From assembly GCA_964349305.1 (NCBI GenBank), contig CAYGFS010000001.1, positions 15,209 to 79,208 on the forward strand: a DNA stretch of 64,000 bases. The letters run 5' to 3'. Positions 26,646 to 35,768 of this stretch are shown piece after piece (position 1 is the stretch's first letter; each line of letters begins with the position of its first letter). The notes under the pieces are model-generated. The model did not search any database. It had not been told where the DNA came from and saw only the letters and a list, made by a program, of their open reading frames with translations. Position numbers and translations under genes: made by a program. Source of the stretch: an uncultured Pseudomonadales bacterium (GTDB taxonomy: Bacteria > Patescibacteriota > Microgenomatia > UBA1400 > UBA12108).

Positions 26646-27833
26646 TTAATTATTGAACTCGTTATAAACCGAGTCCAGCTCTTTGGCGATTATATCCCAG
26701 CTATAGCCGCGACGAACAATCTTTTGCCCGGCAGCCCCGAGCCTATTTTGAAGCGCGGTATCTTTGAGGAGTTTGACGGTGGCTCGCGACAATCCGTCGG
26801 GTGTATCGGCAATCAGTACGTCAATGCCGTTTTTGAGGTCGAGTCCCTCGGCAGCCAAAGTGGTTGCTACTACCGGGGTCCCGGTGATCATGGCTTCTAA
26901 TACTTTGTACCGCGTCCCCTTTCCGCTGCGGATGGGGGCCAGGAGGACGTGAGCGGTAGAGAAAGCCTTGCGGATGTCGTCGATACCACCGAGGACTTCG
27001 ATCGACGGTTCCTTAGCATACGCCTTGATTCTGTCGGTAGGGGAAAAACCCACAATTTTGAGCTTGGCATTTGGCAGCTCCCGCAAAATGAGCGGCCAGA
27101 TCTTTTTGACGATTTCTTCGACGGCTTCAATGTTGGGCAGCCACTTGAAAGTCCCAACAAACAAGACTGTGGGGTCTTTGGGTAAGTTCTTTTTGACCGC
27201 AGAGAAAAAGTCGAGATCGACCCCGTTGGCGACGACACTGGTATTGGTACGGGATCCCAGCTCGTGCTCAATAAAAACCTTGTCTTCGGCAGACATGGTG
27301 ATGAGCTTGTCGGCCTTTTTCCAAAAATAGCGCTCCCAATACTTGATTTTGGCGATGTCGATGGCGAGGATGGGACGCAAGAAGATGTTGGCTTTTTTCA
27401 TATAATCTTGATAGCCAAGATACTCGATGGTTTGCTCGGCCAGAATAATTGGGATGTTGGTGCTGGGGATATTGGGCATCATGTAGAAGGTCTCGGCGTG
27501 AATGAGGTCGTACTTGGCGTGCTGGAGTTCGCTCTCGACTGCTTTTTTCATTTCGAGCGGTAAATTGCGCGTGACGACGAAAGGATAAGAAGAAAAACCC
27601 GCCAAGAGGATATTGCGGAGCACAAAAGGATTTTTGGTGCGTTTGAACAGCTCGATTTTCTTACAATACTTTTGCAGCTCGGAGAGATGTTCCCGCTCGC
27701 GCTCGTCTTTGATGAGAGCAAACAAGGTAATATCGTGATTTTTGGATAAGTGCTTGAGGAGGTTGTAGGTGCGGATTTGACCGCCTGATACTAGGGGGTA
27801 CGGGAGATAGGGCGTGAGCATTAACACTTTCAT
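26646..27833 (-). CDS. glycosyltransferase family 4
   Basis: MKVLMLTPYLPYPLVSGGQIRTYNLLKHL N-terminal and GT4 C-terminal domain. Confidence 0.8.
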   Translation of the reverse strand: MKVLMLTPYLPYPLVSGGQIRTYNLLKHLSKNHDITLFALIKDEREREHLSELQKYCKKIELFKRTKNPFVLRNILLAGFSSYPFVVTRNLPLEMKKAVESELQHAKYDLIHAETFYMMPNIPSTNIPIILAEQTIEYLGYQDYMKKANIFLRPILAIDIAKIKYWERYFWKKADKLITMSAEDKVFIEHELGSRTNTSVVANGVDLDFFSAVKKNLPKDPTVLFVGTFKWLPNIEAVEEIVKKIWPLILRELPNAKLKIVGFSPTDRIKAYAKEPSIEVLGGIDDIRKAFSTAHVLLAPIRSGKGTRYKVLEAMITGTPVVATTLAAEGLDLKNGIDVLIADTPDGLSRATVKLLKDTALQNRLGAAGQKIVRRGYSWDIIAKELDSVYNEFNN

Positions 27834-29269
27834 GGATTCGTATCCCCGTTTGGAACAAGATGGACGATGGCATATAGATCGGTTTCATAAACTAGAGTGT
27901 ATTCTTTTTTGAGTCTGGCAAATTCGTCTTCCTTGCTGGTGGTGACGTAATAAGTCGCTCCGTGTTTCATGCGCATTTCGGCATCACCCCCGACCGGCCA
28001 GCCTCGACGATTAGTCTGATACAAGAAGCTGGGATCACCCTGATACGGAGCAATCACCAGGGCATCCTGGGGAGTAATTTCGTCGACTTTTTTACCTGCC
28101 TCGACGATGGCGGGATTGTTGATATTAAAGAAACCACGGACCTCGAACCAGCCAAGTGCCAAAGATAGAATTAAGAGTCCAGACACCAGAAGTAAGTTAA
28201 TAAAATATTGCAATTTGCTTTTTGCAATACCAAGCAGAGAAAAAGAGCCGATGGCAACTAGGACTACACCTGGGGCGACGATGGGTAGCTGATAATAATC
28301 GTGGTTGACGTTGCCTTTGGCGAAGATGGTCATGTAAAGCAAAATGGCGAGAGTCCAGACGAAAAAAAGCGAAGTATTTTTTTTGAGATGAGAAGTGAAT
28401 AACCCGGCAACAAAAAGTGCAAACCCGCCGGTGGCAAAAATGAGCCGGTTGAGACGATCAAAAATCAGCCAGCGGAAGAATGCACCTTTGAAACGGATGC
28501 CATCACCATTGAGGAGCCAGGTCGAGGCAAAAGACCCCTCGGGATGCAAGGAGAAGTGATATCGCCACAGCGCGAGGGGGATAAAAGATCCAAGCGCCAC
28601 GATATAGACGAGTGGTTTGCGAAAGGCTTTGGTACCCCAGTTAATCATCACCCAATAAAACATAGGGATACTCATAAAGATGGCGTAGGGTTTGACGAGC
28701 ATGGCGAGAGCAAAAGTGAACATGAGTGCGATACCGTAGCTATTTTTTTCGGTTTTGACCCACAGGACACACCAATAAAGCGAGATGATCGACAGGGCCA
28801 CGAATGAAGGATCGGGCATGAATACCCGGCTGTAGTAAATATTATATGGCAGCAATAAATAGTAGACCAGTGAAAGGAGGGCGGTGCCTCTGCCGATCAG
28901 CAGACGAACTATCCCGTAGAGCGCAAGTGCTCCCAGGATAGACATGGTAATACTGACTAGACGCCCGATGGACTCGTGAACCCCAAACTGGCGATAAAAC
29001 GAGGCGACCACGGCGTTGTAGAGCGGGAATTCGTTGATAAAGTAGCGGTTGGGGTTCGCAAGATTGTGCTCGTTGAGCGCCAGCAAACTATCGGACTGAG
29101 GATAGAGGAGGCTAAAGCCATCTTTGACAAAATTGCGCGCGACCGCAGCGGTGTCGGCTTGGCGCCAACTATGCCAATCGGCGAGGGGGGCATTGAGGCG
29201 GTATAAACGTACCAATATACCAATGGCCAACAAACTAATGACAAGGAGGATTTCAAGCTTTTTCCACAT
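27830..29269 (-). CDS. polytopic membrane glycosyltransferase, GT-C superfamily (ArnT/PMT/GT39-83-like)
   Basis: 479 aa, about 11 TM helices, ArnT/PMT-like N-terminal region (YRLNAPLADWHSWRQADTAAVARNF). Confidence 0.6.
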   Translation of the reverse strand: MWKKLEILLVISLLAIGILVRLYRLNAPLADWHSWRQADTAAVARNFVKDGFSLLYPQSDSLLALNEHNLANPNRYFINEFPLYNAVVASFYRQFGVHESIGRLVSITMSILGALALYGIVRLLIGRGTALLSLVYYLLLPYNIYYSRVFMPDPSFVALSIISLYWCVLWVKTEKNSYGIALMFTFALAMLVKPYAIFMSIPMFYWVMINWGTKAFRKPLVYIVALGSFIPLALWRYHFSLHPEGSFASTWLLNGDGIRFKGAFFRWLIFDRLNRLIFATGGFALFVAGLFTSHLKKNTSLFFVWTLAILLYMTIFAKGNVNHDYYQLPIVAPGVVLVAIGSFSLLGIAKSKLQYFINLLLVSGLLILSLALGWFEVRGFFNINNPAIVEAGKKVDEITPQDALVIAPYQGDPSFLYQTNRRGWPVGGDAEMRMKHGATYYVTTSKEDEFARLKKEYTLVYETDLYAIVHLVPNGDTNP

Positions 29270-30896
29270 GGGTATCCTCGATCTGTGTGGCTCGCACCAC
29301 TAAAGCGGCCAAAATCCAGAGTGTGTAGGCGACTTTACTGGATTCAAAGACGTCAATATACGTGGCGTTGACGAGGAGACCGACGATCGCGCCGATGGCG
29401 CCAAGGTAGATGATTTGATACAGCGGCGAGGAGGTCCGCTTGAGTTGGCCATAAACCAAGTACAGCAGGACGGCAAGAATGGAGAGGAATGAGAGGGTAC
29501 CAAGTAATCCCGTCTCGCCAAGCATGCGCAAATAATCATTGTCGGTCGACTCTGCCTGGGTAAACTCGTCGTTGAAAGTTTTGGTGAGAGTGGAATACCC
29601 TGTGCCCAAGAGCGGATTGCGTTTGAACCCTGCGATGGCGCGAGGCCAGAGGGCGTCCAAACGGATGGCCACTGAGAGACCGTATTTGAGCGCGTTTTCG
29701 CTATAGCCACCGCCGGTAGTTTTGGTGGTCGTACCGCTGGCGGTAGAGACTGTCACGCGGTTGGCATCTTCCTCAGCAGTGACATCGGGGGGTAAAGGTT
29801 TGACGGGAGAAGGCGGGATATCTGAGGGTACGGCAACAATGGCAAGCTCGTCGGTAGAAATTGCGTTTTGGGGAGGCTTGGGTTTAGCGGGGTTGAACCA
29901 ATTTCTTTGCCATGCTTGGAGAGCATACCAGCGATCTTTGACCTCAAAGATTTTTTCTTCAATTTTCCCTGTTTCCATCCAGGGAATAAACTGGTGGATC
30001 CTTTGCGCGGAATTGATAAATTGATAAAAGCGTGCGGATAAATCGCCAAAGAAAATCATAATAACCATGGAAACAGCCATGGTCAAAAACCACTGTTTGA
30101 GACTCCACTTGAACCCGCGGAACTTGACCAAGATTAAAGCGATGGCTGTGATCCCAACTAGATAGCCAATAAAGGAAGTACGGGAAGCTGTCAAAATAAA
30201 TGACCAGTAGGCCATAAGGGCTACGACAGCCAAGCCGATTTTGACAGCCTGGCGTTTGACCAACCAAATTGAAGAAACCAGGAAAGACAGCAGCATCATG
30301 AGGTAGGCACCATAGTCGTAGTGTCCGCCAAAGGTACTCATTACGCGAGAGGTCGGAGAAAGATAGAGCCGAATCCCTTTGCTAAACTCCCGATTCATGG
30401 TCGAGAATGCTGGCCAGTAGAGGTATTTTTGACCAAAGCCATAGAGCACGACAAGAACCAGGGTAATAAAACCAGTTTTGAGTAAATTGATCAGATCGCG
30501 ACGATTACGGACACCGCTATAAGCAATAAAGAATAGCGAGAAATACTCGAACCGGCGGAAAAGATGGAGAGCCAGTTTAAATAAATGCTCAGGAAAAAGC
30601 GGCACTGTTTTGGTCAGGAAAATGGCACTCAGTGAGGATAAAACCGCCACGCCCAAGTAGATCATGATCAACTTCGCTACCAAAGTACTGGGAAACTTGA
30701 TTTTGCGCCGCATGAGCTGGACTCCCCAGACTAAACAAGTGAATAGGATGAGGATGTCTTCGAGACGGAGGCGCACAATGTACCCCTCGATCAAGTCGGA
30801 CAAAGGAATCTTGGGGTAGAGCGGGATCACGACGATTAAAATGCCGGTGAGGAGCGTCAGGATGTTTTGGTCTAGCCACTTGAGTATTTTTTTCAT
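29253..30896 (-). CDS. O-antigen ligase/polymerase-like membrane protein (Wzy_C domain) with a Pro/Thr-rich insertion
   Basis: 547 aa polytopic. The TASRTSFIGYLVG and DNDYLRMLGETGLLG motifs are typical of the O-antigen ligase (Wzy_C) domain. Low-complexity segment PPSPVKPLPPD...STASGTTTKTTGGG. Confidence 0.6.
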   Translation of the reverse strand: MKKILKWLDQNILTLLTGILIVVIPLYPKIPLSDLIEGYIVRLRLEDILILFTCLVWGVQLMRRKIKFPSTLVAKLIMIYLGVAVLSSLSAIFLTKTVPLFPEHLFKLALHLFRRFEYFSLFFIAYSGVRNRRDLINLLKTGFITLVLVVLYGFGQKYLYWPAFSTMNREFSKGIRLYLSPTSRVMSTFGGHYDYGAYLMMLLSFLVSSIWLVKRQAVKIGLAVVALMAYWSFILTASRTSFIGYLVGITAIALILVKFRGFKWSLKQWFLTMAVSMVIMIFFGDLSARFYQFINSAQRIHQFIPWMETGKIEEKIFEVKDRWYALQAWQRNWFNPAKPKPPQNAISTDELAIVAVPSDIPPSPVKPLPPDVTAEEDANRVTVSTASGTTTKTTGGGYSENALKYGLSVAIRLDALWPRAIAGFKRNPLLGTGYSTLTKTFNDEFTQAESTDNDYLRMLGETGLLGTLSFLSILAVLLYLVYGQLKRTSSPLYQIIYLGAIGAIVGLLVNATYIDVFESSKVAYTLWILAALVVRATQIEDTHVEKA

Positions 30897-31810
30897 GATC
30901 TAGCTATAAAATATTTTTTGTATTCTAACACTGCCTGCCTGCGGCTAGGGATCAGGCTAAAGATCGCTATCCGCATTGTTACTCCAGTATAGATGATGAT
31001 GCGGATAATCCATAATAGAGCTGGCGAGTGCTTGCGATAGATATATTCTATCCCCTTGAGTTCGTTTAAGAGACGAGTGGCGGAAGATTTTTTGGTGCTG
31101 GCGCTGCCGAGATGAACAATTGATGAGGCAGAGACAAAATAGGCTGACCGACCGGTTGTCTCGGCCAGTCTTTGGAAGAGCTCGATCTCTTCGGCGTACA
31201 TGAAAATACTTTCGTCAAAGCCGCCAACCCGAAGGAAATCGGCACGCTTGAGCAATACGCAGGCTCCCATGAGCCAATCGACTGGACGGGAATGGGTATA
31301 CCAACGTGCGTCGTACAAGTGGTAGGGAGAAGCAAAGAGATACTTGATAAGGGGCAGTTTGTCAAAGCCCCACATCCATCCCACAACGGCCCAGGGGGTA
31401 GGGAAATAGCCGGCCGATTGCTGGAAACTGCCGTCCTCGTAGTGAAACCCTGGCCCAACAGCCGAGATTTGATCGTTTGACTGGATAGTTTTAACTAAGC
31501 TCGAGAGAGTAGTGGCCGATAAATAAGCATCGGTATTGAGTAAGAGCAGATACTCCCCCTGGGCTTGTTTAGCCCCGAGATTGTTGCCGGCACCAAACCC
31601 GAGATTGGCACGACTAGCGACTATTTTGACCTGCGGATACTTTGACTTGATGGCAGCCACGGTGCCGTCGCTGGAGTGATTGTCCACCACAATGACCTCT
31701 AATTCTTCTGATTTGAATCCGGTGGTGGCAAAAACGTGTTTGAGACAAGTTAAAGTTAGATCACGAGTATTGTAGGAAACGATTATGACAGAGACGAAGG
31801 GTTTATGCAT
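30893..31810 (-). CDS. glycosyltransferase family 2
   Basis: FVSVIIVSYNTRDLT...VIVVDNHSSDGT and a DxD-type region. Confidence 0.8.
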   Translation of the reverse strand: MHKPFVSVIIVSYNTRDLTLTCLKHVFATTGFKSEELEVIVVDNHSSDGTVAAIKSKYPQVKIVASRANLGFGAGNNLGAKQAQGEYLLLLNTDAYLSATTLSSLVKTIQSNDQISAVGPGFHYEDGSFQQSAGYFPTPWAVVGWMWGFDKLPLIKYLFASPYHLYDARWYTHSRPVDWLMGACVLLKRADFLRVGGFDESIFMYAEEIELFQRLAETTGRSAYFVSASSIVHLGSASTKKSSATRLLNELKGIEYIYRKHSPALLWIIRIIIYTGVTMRIAIFSLIPSRRQAVLEYKKYFIARS

Positions 31811-31845
31811 AATCTCAAATCATAAATTCTCAAATTCTCAAATAA

Positions 31846-32460
31846 CTATTGAAATAATTTGAAGCGGCCAAGACGATATTTTGGATTTTTGAGTCCACGC
31901 TCACCGATGAGTTTAGCTGGGACGCCACCCACAATGGAGTTTGGTGCCACGTCTTTGGTCACCACTGCCCCGGCCGCCACGACGGCACCGTCTCCAATTG
32001 TTACTCCAGGCAGGATAATGGCGCGCGGACCAATAAAGACGTAATCCCCGATGGTAACTGGCGCGCCTTGGGCGACAAAATCTGGCGAAGACAAGTCGTG
32101 TTCTTGGCTGTAAATCATGACCTGCGAGGCAATGTCGGTGTGATTCCCGATTGTGACCGGCTCCCGCCCATCGATGAAGGTGGCGTAGCCGACAATAGTT
32201 CCTTCGCCGATTTTGATCTGGCGTGGATCAAAAACTCTCACCCCGGTGTGGAGGGTGCTGTGCTGGCCGAGGTGCAGTCCGAAGGCGCGCCAAATACCGT
32301 TGCGGATAGTGTGCGAGGGAATATAGGTTGTCAGGTGTAACAACATGAGTCCAAAATCGAGAGCATAACTCTCCAGCCTGGGTAAAAACTTCTGGGTGAA
32401 GGCTTGACTCCAGGTGTATGATTTGCCGTGTTTATCGCGTAGGGGAAAGTCCATACGCAC
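31846..32460 (-). CDS. hexapeptide-repeat (LbH) sugar O-acetyltransferase, WcaF/WbbJ/maltose O-acetyltransferase-like
   Basis: Repeated [LIV]GxxxxI hexapeptide units ([31 protein letters not shown]). Confidence 0.7.
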   Translation of the reverse strand: MRMDFPLRDKHGKSYTWSQAFTQKFLPRLESYALDFGLMLLHLTTYIPSHTIRNGIWRAFGLHLGQHSTLHTGVRVFDPRQIKIGEGTIVGYATFIDGREPVTIGNHTDIASQVMIYSQEHDLSSPDFVAQGAPVTIGDYVFIGPRAIILPGVTIGDGAVVAAGAVVTKDVAPNSIVGGVPAKLIGERGLKNPKYRLGRFKLFQ

Positions 32461-32479
32461 ATTGTACTAGTCAGAGAGC

Positions 32480-32977
32480 TTATTTGACAATGATGGTGCC
32501 GGTTTGGGTAGAGTTTAGGTGATTGTGATATTTATAAGTTCCAGCCTTGTCAAAAGTGAGGGTCTGACTCTCCCCCGGTTTGAACATACCCAAGTTGAGG
32601 GGGGCATAGTCGGTGTGACTGGGATGAGGGTCGGAACTGACGTTGCTGGGTTTGGCAGCGCTACTGGTCCAGGTGATCGTATCGCCAACCTTGATGCTCA
32701 GGAGTGAGGGGGAATAGCCGGTGTCGGTGATGGCAATTTTGAACTCAGTGGCACCCTCAGCGGTCATGGCGGCTGGCGCGGCACTCCCAGTTACGGAGGT
32801 GGATGAGTCCGCGGGGGCTGGGCTAGCATACATCATGGTATCTGGAGTTTTTTGGTATCCGGCGTAGTAATAGTAGCCTGCATATACTGCCCCGCCAACT
32901 ACTAGATAAACGAGGAGCCAAAACCAGGGTGGTTTTTTGCTATATCCACTACTTTCATAATTCATACTGGTATCCAT
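32480..32977 (-). CDS. membrane-anchored cupredoxin-like domain protein (type-1 Cu ligands apparently absent)
   Basis: 165 aa with a TM helix, then a beta-rich region ending GTYKYHNHLNSTQTGTIIV, plastocyanin-like but without Cys. Confidence 0.35.
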   Translation of the reverse strand: MDTSMNYESSGYSKKPPWFWLLVYLVVGGAVYAGYYYYAGYQKTPDTMMYASPAPADSSTSVTGSAAPAAMTAEGATEFKIAITDTGYSPSLLSIKVGDTITWTSSAAKPSNVSSDPHPSHTDYAPLNLGMFKPGESQTLTFDKAGTYKYHNHLNSTQTGTIIVK

Positions 32978-33023
32978 ATAGGTATAAGTTAATCCATTGG
33001 CAAAACCTTGTCAACTGTACGGT

Positions 33024-34157
33024 TTACGACAGATTTTTCCATTTGAGGATGTAAAACCCGTAGAGAAGGAAGGTGTTCCAACCCACAAATAATCCAGTCA
33101 TGAGGTGCCGCTCTGCTGGTGTAAGACGGTCGTAGAGATAGGCAATGCCGATCCCAAAATAGGGTACTGCCGCAAAGGCGAGCCGCTGGCCAAACCCCGC
33201 CGTCATGGACGAGTGAGCGGACCAAAAAGACCCCAGCAGCCAGAGGGCTAGGATGGTGGCGAGGATGAGATATTTTTTCATTTTGAGGAGGCCAGACACG
33301 CCCAGTAAATAGAGCGGAGACCAGATAAACAGACCTTTTTGATAAGAAAAAAGATATTCAAACAGATGAACTAAGCGAAAGGACCATTGGTTGGAGCTCT
33401 CCGTGACATAGAAATTGCGGGTCACCGATTCATAATAGTAGGCTTGAGCCGCCATTTGGGGCGCAACCCCGACAATGATGCCCAGTCCCAGCAGCCACAA
33501 TTTGGGCACATCCCACTTCAGCAGCAGAAAAATGGGGAGGAGCAGCAAAGTGTCGGAGATCCGCGTGATATGCAGGAGCCCAAACAAGATGCCGAGCGCA
33601 ACAAGACGGAGGGGTGAATACCGAAAGTTGTAGGTCCAGGAGAGCAAAAAGGCAATGAGAAAAAATGCCAGCTGGTGAGAGAGCGCTGGCTCGAGCGCAG
33701 TGTAATAAAATACATTAGAGCCAAAAAACAACGCGAGAGTGGTGGCTGAGACAGATTTAGCGCTAAAGAAATGTCGGAGGTATTGCTCTAAAAAGTAAAG
33801 GCCTGCGAGCATGAGGATGATGCCAGTCAAACCCGGGGCGAGCTCGTGCCAGAGATCAAAGGGATTGCCACTGAAGACCGATGTGAGTGCCAGGGCAGGA
33901 AGCCAGGCCAAGCTCGTACCGACGGAGTAAGGATTGTGGGCAGGATCCCAGAATACCCGAGAAAAAACATAGTCCCGACCCGGGAAATTTTGGAGATAAT
34001 TGATGACTGGATCGGCTTTGAAGGTCCCCTCAGTCAAGAGACTGAGGCTGGTCACATAGTAACCATTGCCGTCGCCGTAGAGGGCGTGACGTGTGTAGAT
34101 GGCGTGAACGAGAAAAAGAGAGAGGGAGAGGGCGAAAAAGAAGAGATATTTTTTCAT
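33024..34157 (-). CDS. hypothetical polytopic membrane protein (possible GT-C glycosyltransferase or polymerase)
   Basis: 377 aa, about 10 predicted TM helices, no diagnostic soluble domain. Confidence 0.4.
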   Translation of the reverse strand: MKKYLFFFALSLSLFLVHAIYTRHALYGDGNGYYVTSLSLLTEGTFKADPVINYLQNFPGRDYVFSRVFWDPAHNPYSVGTSLAWLPALALTSVFSGNPFDLWHELAPGLTGIILMLAGLYFLEQYLRHFFSAKSVSATTLALFFGSNVFYYTALEPALSHQLAFFLIAFLLSWTYNFRYSPLRLVALGILFGLLHITRISDTLLLLPIFLLLKWDVPKLWLLGLGIIVGVAPQMAAQAYYYESVTRNFYVTESSNQWSFRLVHLFEYLFSYQKGLFIWSPLYLLGVSGLLKMKKYLILATILALWLLGSFWSAHSSMTAGFGQRLAFAAVPYFGIGIAYLYDRLTPAERHLMTGLFVGWNTFLLYGFYILKWKNLS

Positions 34158-34161
34158 TCGG

Positions 34162-34650
34162 TTAACCCAGAATCGGCAACGGGCGGGGCGATCTGAGGTG
34201 ATCGATATAGAGTGCTAAATCCTCACCGTGATCAAAGGCAATTTGGTCCATGGGCGGTAAATCGTCGAGCGGGAACCATTGAAGTCGTGAGATCTCGGCG
34301 TCATTTGTCCCGATTTGCTTGACTGCATCGGCAATAAAAATCATATCTACATTTTGCCGATCCTCCTTGGGACGATCTGGATTGTCATTAATGCGGAATA
34401 GACGCAGATTGGTTATTTCCCAGCCGCTCTCTTCCATAACTTCGCGTTTAACTGCGGTCTCGAGTTTTTCTCCAAACCCAAAGAACCCGCCAAGCAGCGC
34501 CCATTTGCCGGATTCCAGCATGGTCAAACCTTTGACTGGAGCACGTAATCCCATGAGCACTAGGCCATCTTTGATGACAATGGCGTTGACCGTAACGTGA
34601 CGTAATCCTGGACTGGCTAGATTACCATTTTCAAAGGTACAGGAGATCAT
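34162..34650 (-). CDS. NUDIX hydrolase
   Basis: Nudix box GGFFGFGEKLETAVKREVMEESG (GX5EX7REUXEEXGU). Confidence 0.8.
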   Translation of the reverse strand: MISCTFENGNLASPGLRHVTVNAIVIKDGLVLMGLRAPVKGLTMLESGKWALLGGFFGFGEKLETAVKREVMEESGWEITNLRLFRINDNPDRPKEDRQNVDMIFIADAVKQIGTNDAEISRLQWFPLDDLPPMDQIAFDHGEDLALYIDHLRSPRPLPILG

Positions 34651-35768
34651 TTTTGGTGTCCTCTAGCGGCAGTCATTTTGAGAATCTTGAGTGTTTCGGC
34701 GGCACATTTGTCCCAGGAGAAATGTTTGGCGCGCGCGAGGGATTTTTTGACCCATTGCTCCCGATCCCCCCTGATCTCGGTGATGGCCCGGGCAATGTCG
34801 GCCGGATCACTGGCGTTGAAGAGCACGCCAGCGTCGCCGACCACTTCGGGCAGCGAGGAGTTGCTCGCGACGGCTACCGGGGCGCCACACCCCATGGCCT
34901 CAATGGCTGGGACACCAAAACCTTCGTAAAGTGAAGGCAAAACGTAGACATCGGCGTAAGTGTAGAGAGTTTTGCGGGCTTCGTCGCTGACATACCCAGT
35001 GAGCACAATATCTTTGAATTCCGGTGAATTTTTGATTACATCGAGCGTATCGTCGGCGAGCCAGCCTATTTTGCCGGCAATGACGAGCTTGCCTTTGTAG
35101 CCCGATTGCTTGAGGAGGTGAAACGCCTGAACCAGCTTGATCGCGTTTTTGCGGGGCTGGATGGTACCTAGAAATAGAAGATAGTTTTTAGACTCCAGAC
35201 GATAGTTGGAAAGTAGTTGCGAGGATATTTTTGGACTCACGTTGAAAATATCGGAGTCGTAACCATTGTGGACGACAGAGATTTTATTTTCTGGGACTTC
35301 ATAAATAGTCATTAAATCTTTTTTGGTCGCCTCCGAAACGGCAATAACCGAGGTGGCATGATTCACGGCTGCGCGCGTCCAGTGCTTGAGTTTGTAGAGA
35401 TCGCTTGGTAGAAAAAGGTCGGGGAAATATTCGTAAGCTAAATCATGAATCGTCACTACGCTCGGGCTGCCAACATATGTAGGCATATAGTGAGCGGGAG
35501 ACCAAAATACGTCGTTTTTGGCATGAGTCATGAGATAGATCGGTAGGCCAAAACGAATCCAAGCTTTGGTAGGACCTACCTGCTGATATTGCCAATGATC
35601 AGATTCGGCGGGGAGATCGCCCTGCAAGGGATCACGGTGATAAAGGGTAAAGTCGATCTCGGTACCCTTGTACAAATGTTTGAGAATATGGAAACAATAC
35701 TGCCCAGTCCCGACCCTATTACTGGCGTTGGCTTCGTTGATGTCAATGCCGATTTGCAATCTTTTCAT
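34647..35768 (-). CDS. glycosyltransferase family 4
   Basis: Start set at MKRLQIGIDINEAN; the 30-aa TTG-initiated extension in the track was rejected. C-terminal PSLYEGFGVPAIEAMGCGAPV. Coordinates here may be off by 1 in my line counting. Confidence 0.8.
   Translation of the reverse strand: MKRLQIGIDINEANASNRVGTGQYCFHILKHLYKGTEIDFTLYHRDPLQGDLPAESDHWQYQQVGPTKAWIRFGLPIYLMTHAKNDVFWSPAHYMPTYVGSPSVVTIHDLAYEYFPDLFLPSDLYKLKHWTRAAVNHATSVIAVSEATKKDLMTIYEVPENKISVVHNGYDSDIFNVSPKISSQLLSNYRLESKNYLLFLGTIQPRKNAIKLVQAFHLLKQSGYKGKLVIAGKIGWLADDTLDVIKNSPEFKDIVLTGYVSDEARKTLYTYADVYVLPSLYEGFGVPAIEAMGCGAPVAVASNSSLPEVVGDAGVLFNASDPADIARAITEIRGDREQWVKKSLARAKHFSWDKCAAETLKILKMTAARGHQK

Noticed and set aside
29700-29760. 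Imperfect inverted repeat inside the Wzy-like gene, considered as a third family of translated palindromic insertion
   Set aside because: The arms are interrupted (a 2-nt bulge) and no second copy was seen in the window. It is kept as a low-interest finding rather than a repeat feature.
32978-33023. Perfect TTGACA hexamer in the spacer upstream of the cupredoxin-like gene, considered as a promoter
   Set aside because: The best -10 candidate (TTATAC) is 21 nt away, an unsuitable spacing. It is mentioned only as a weak possibility and not annotated as a feature.
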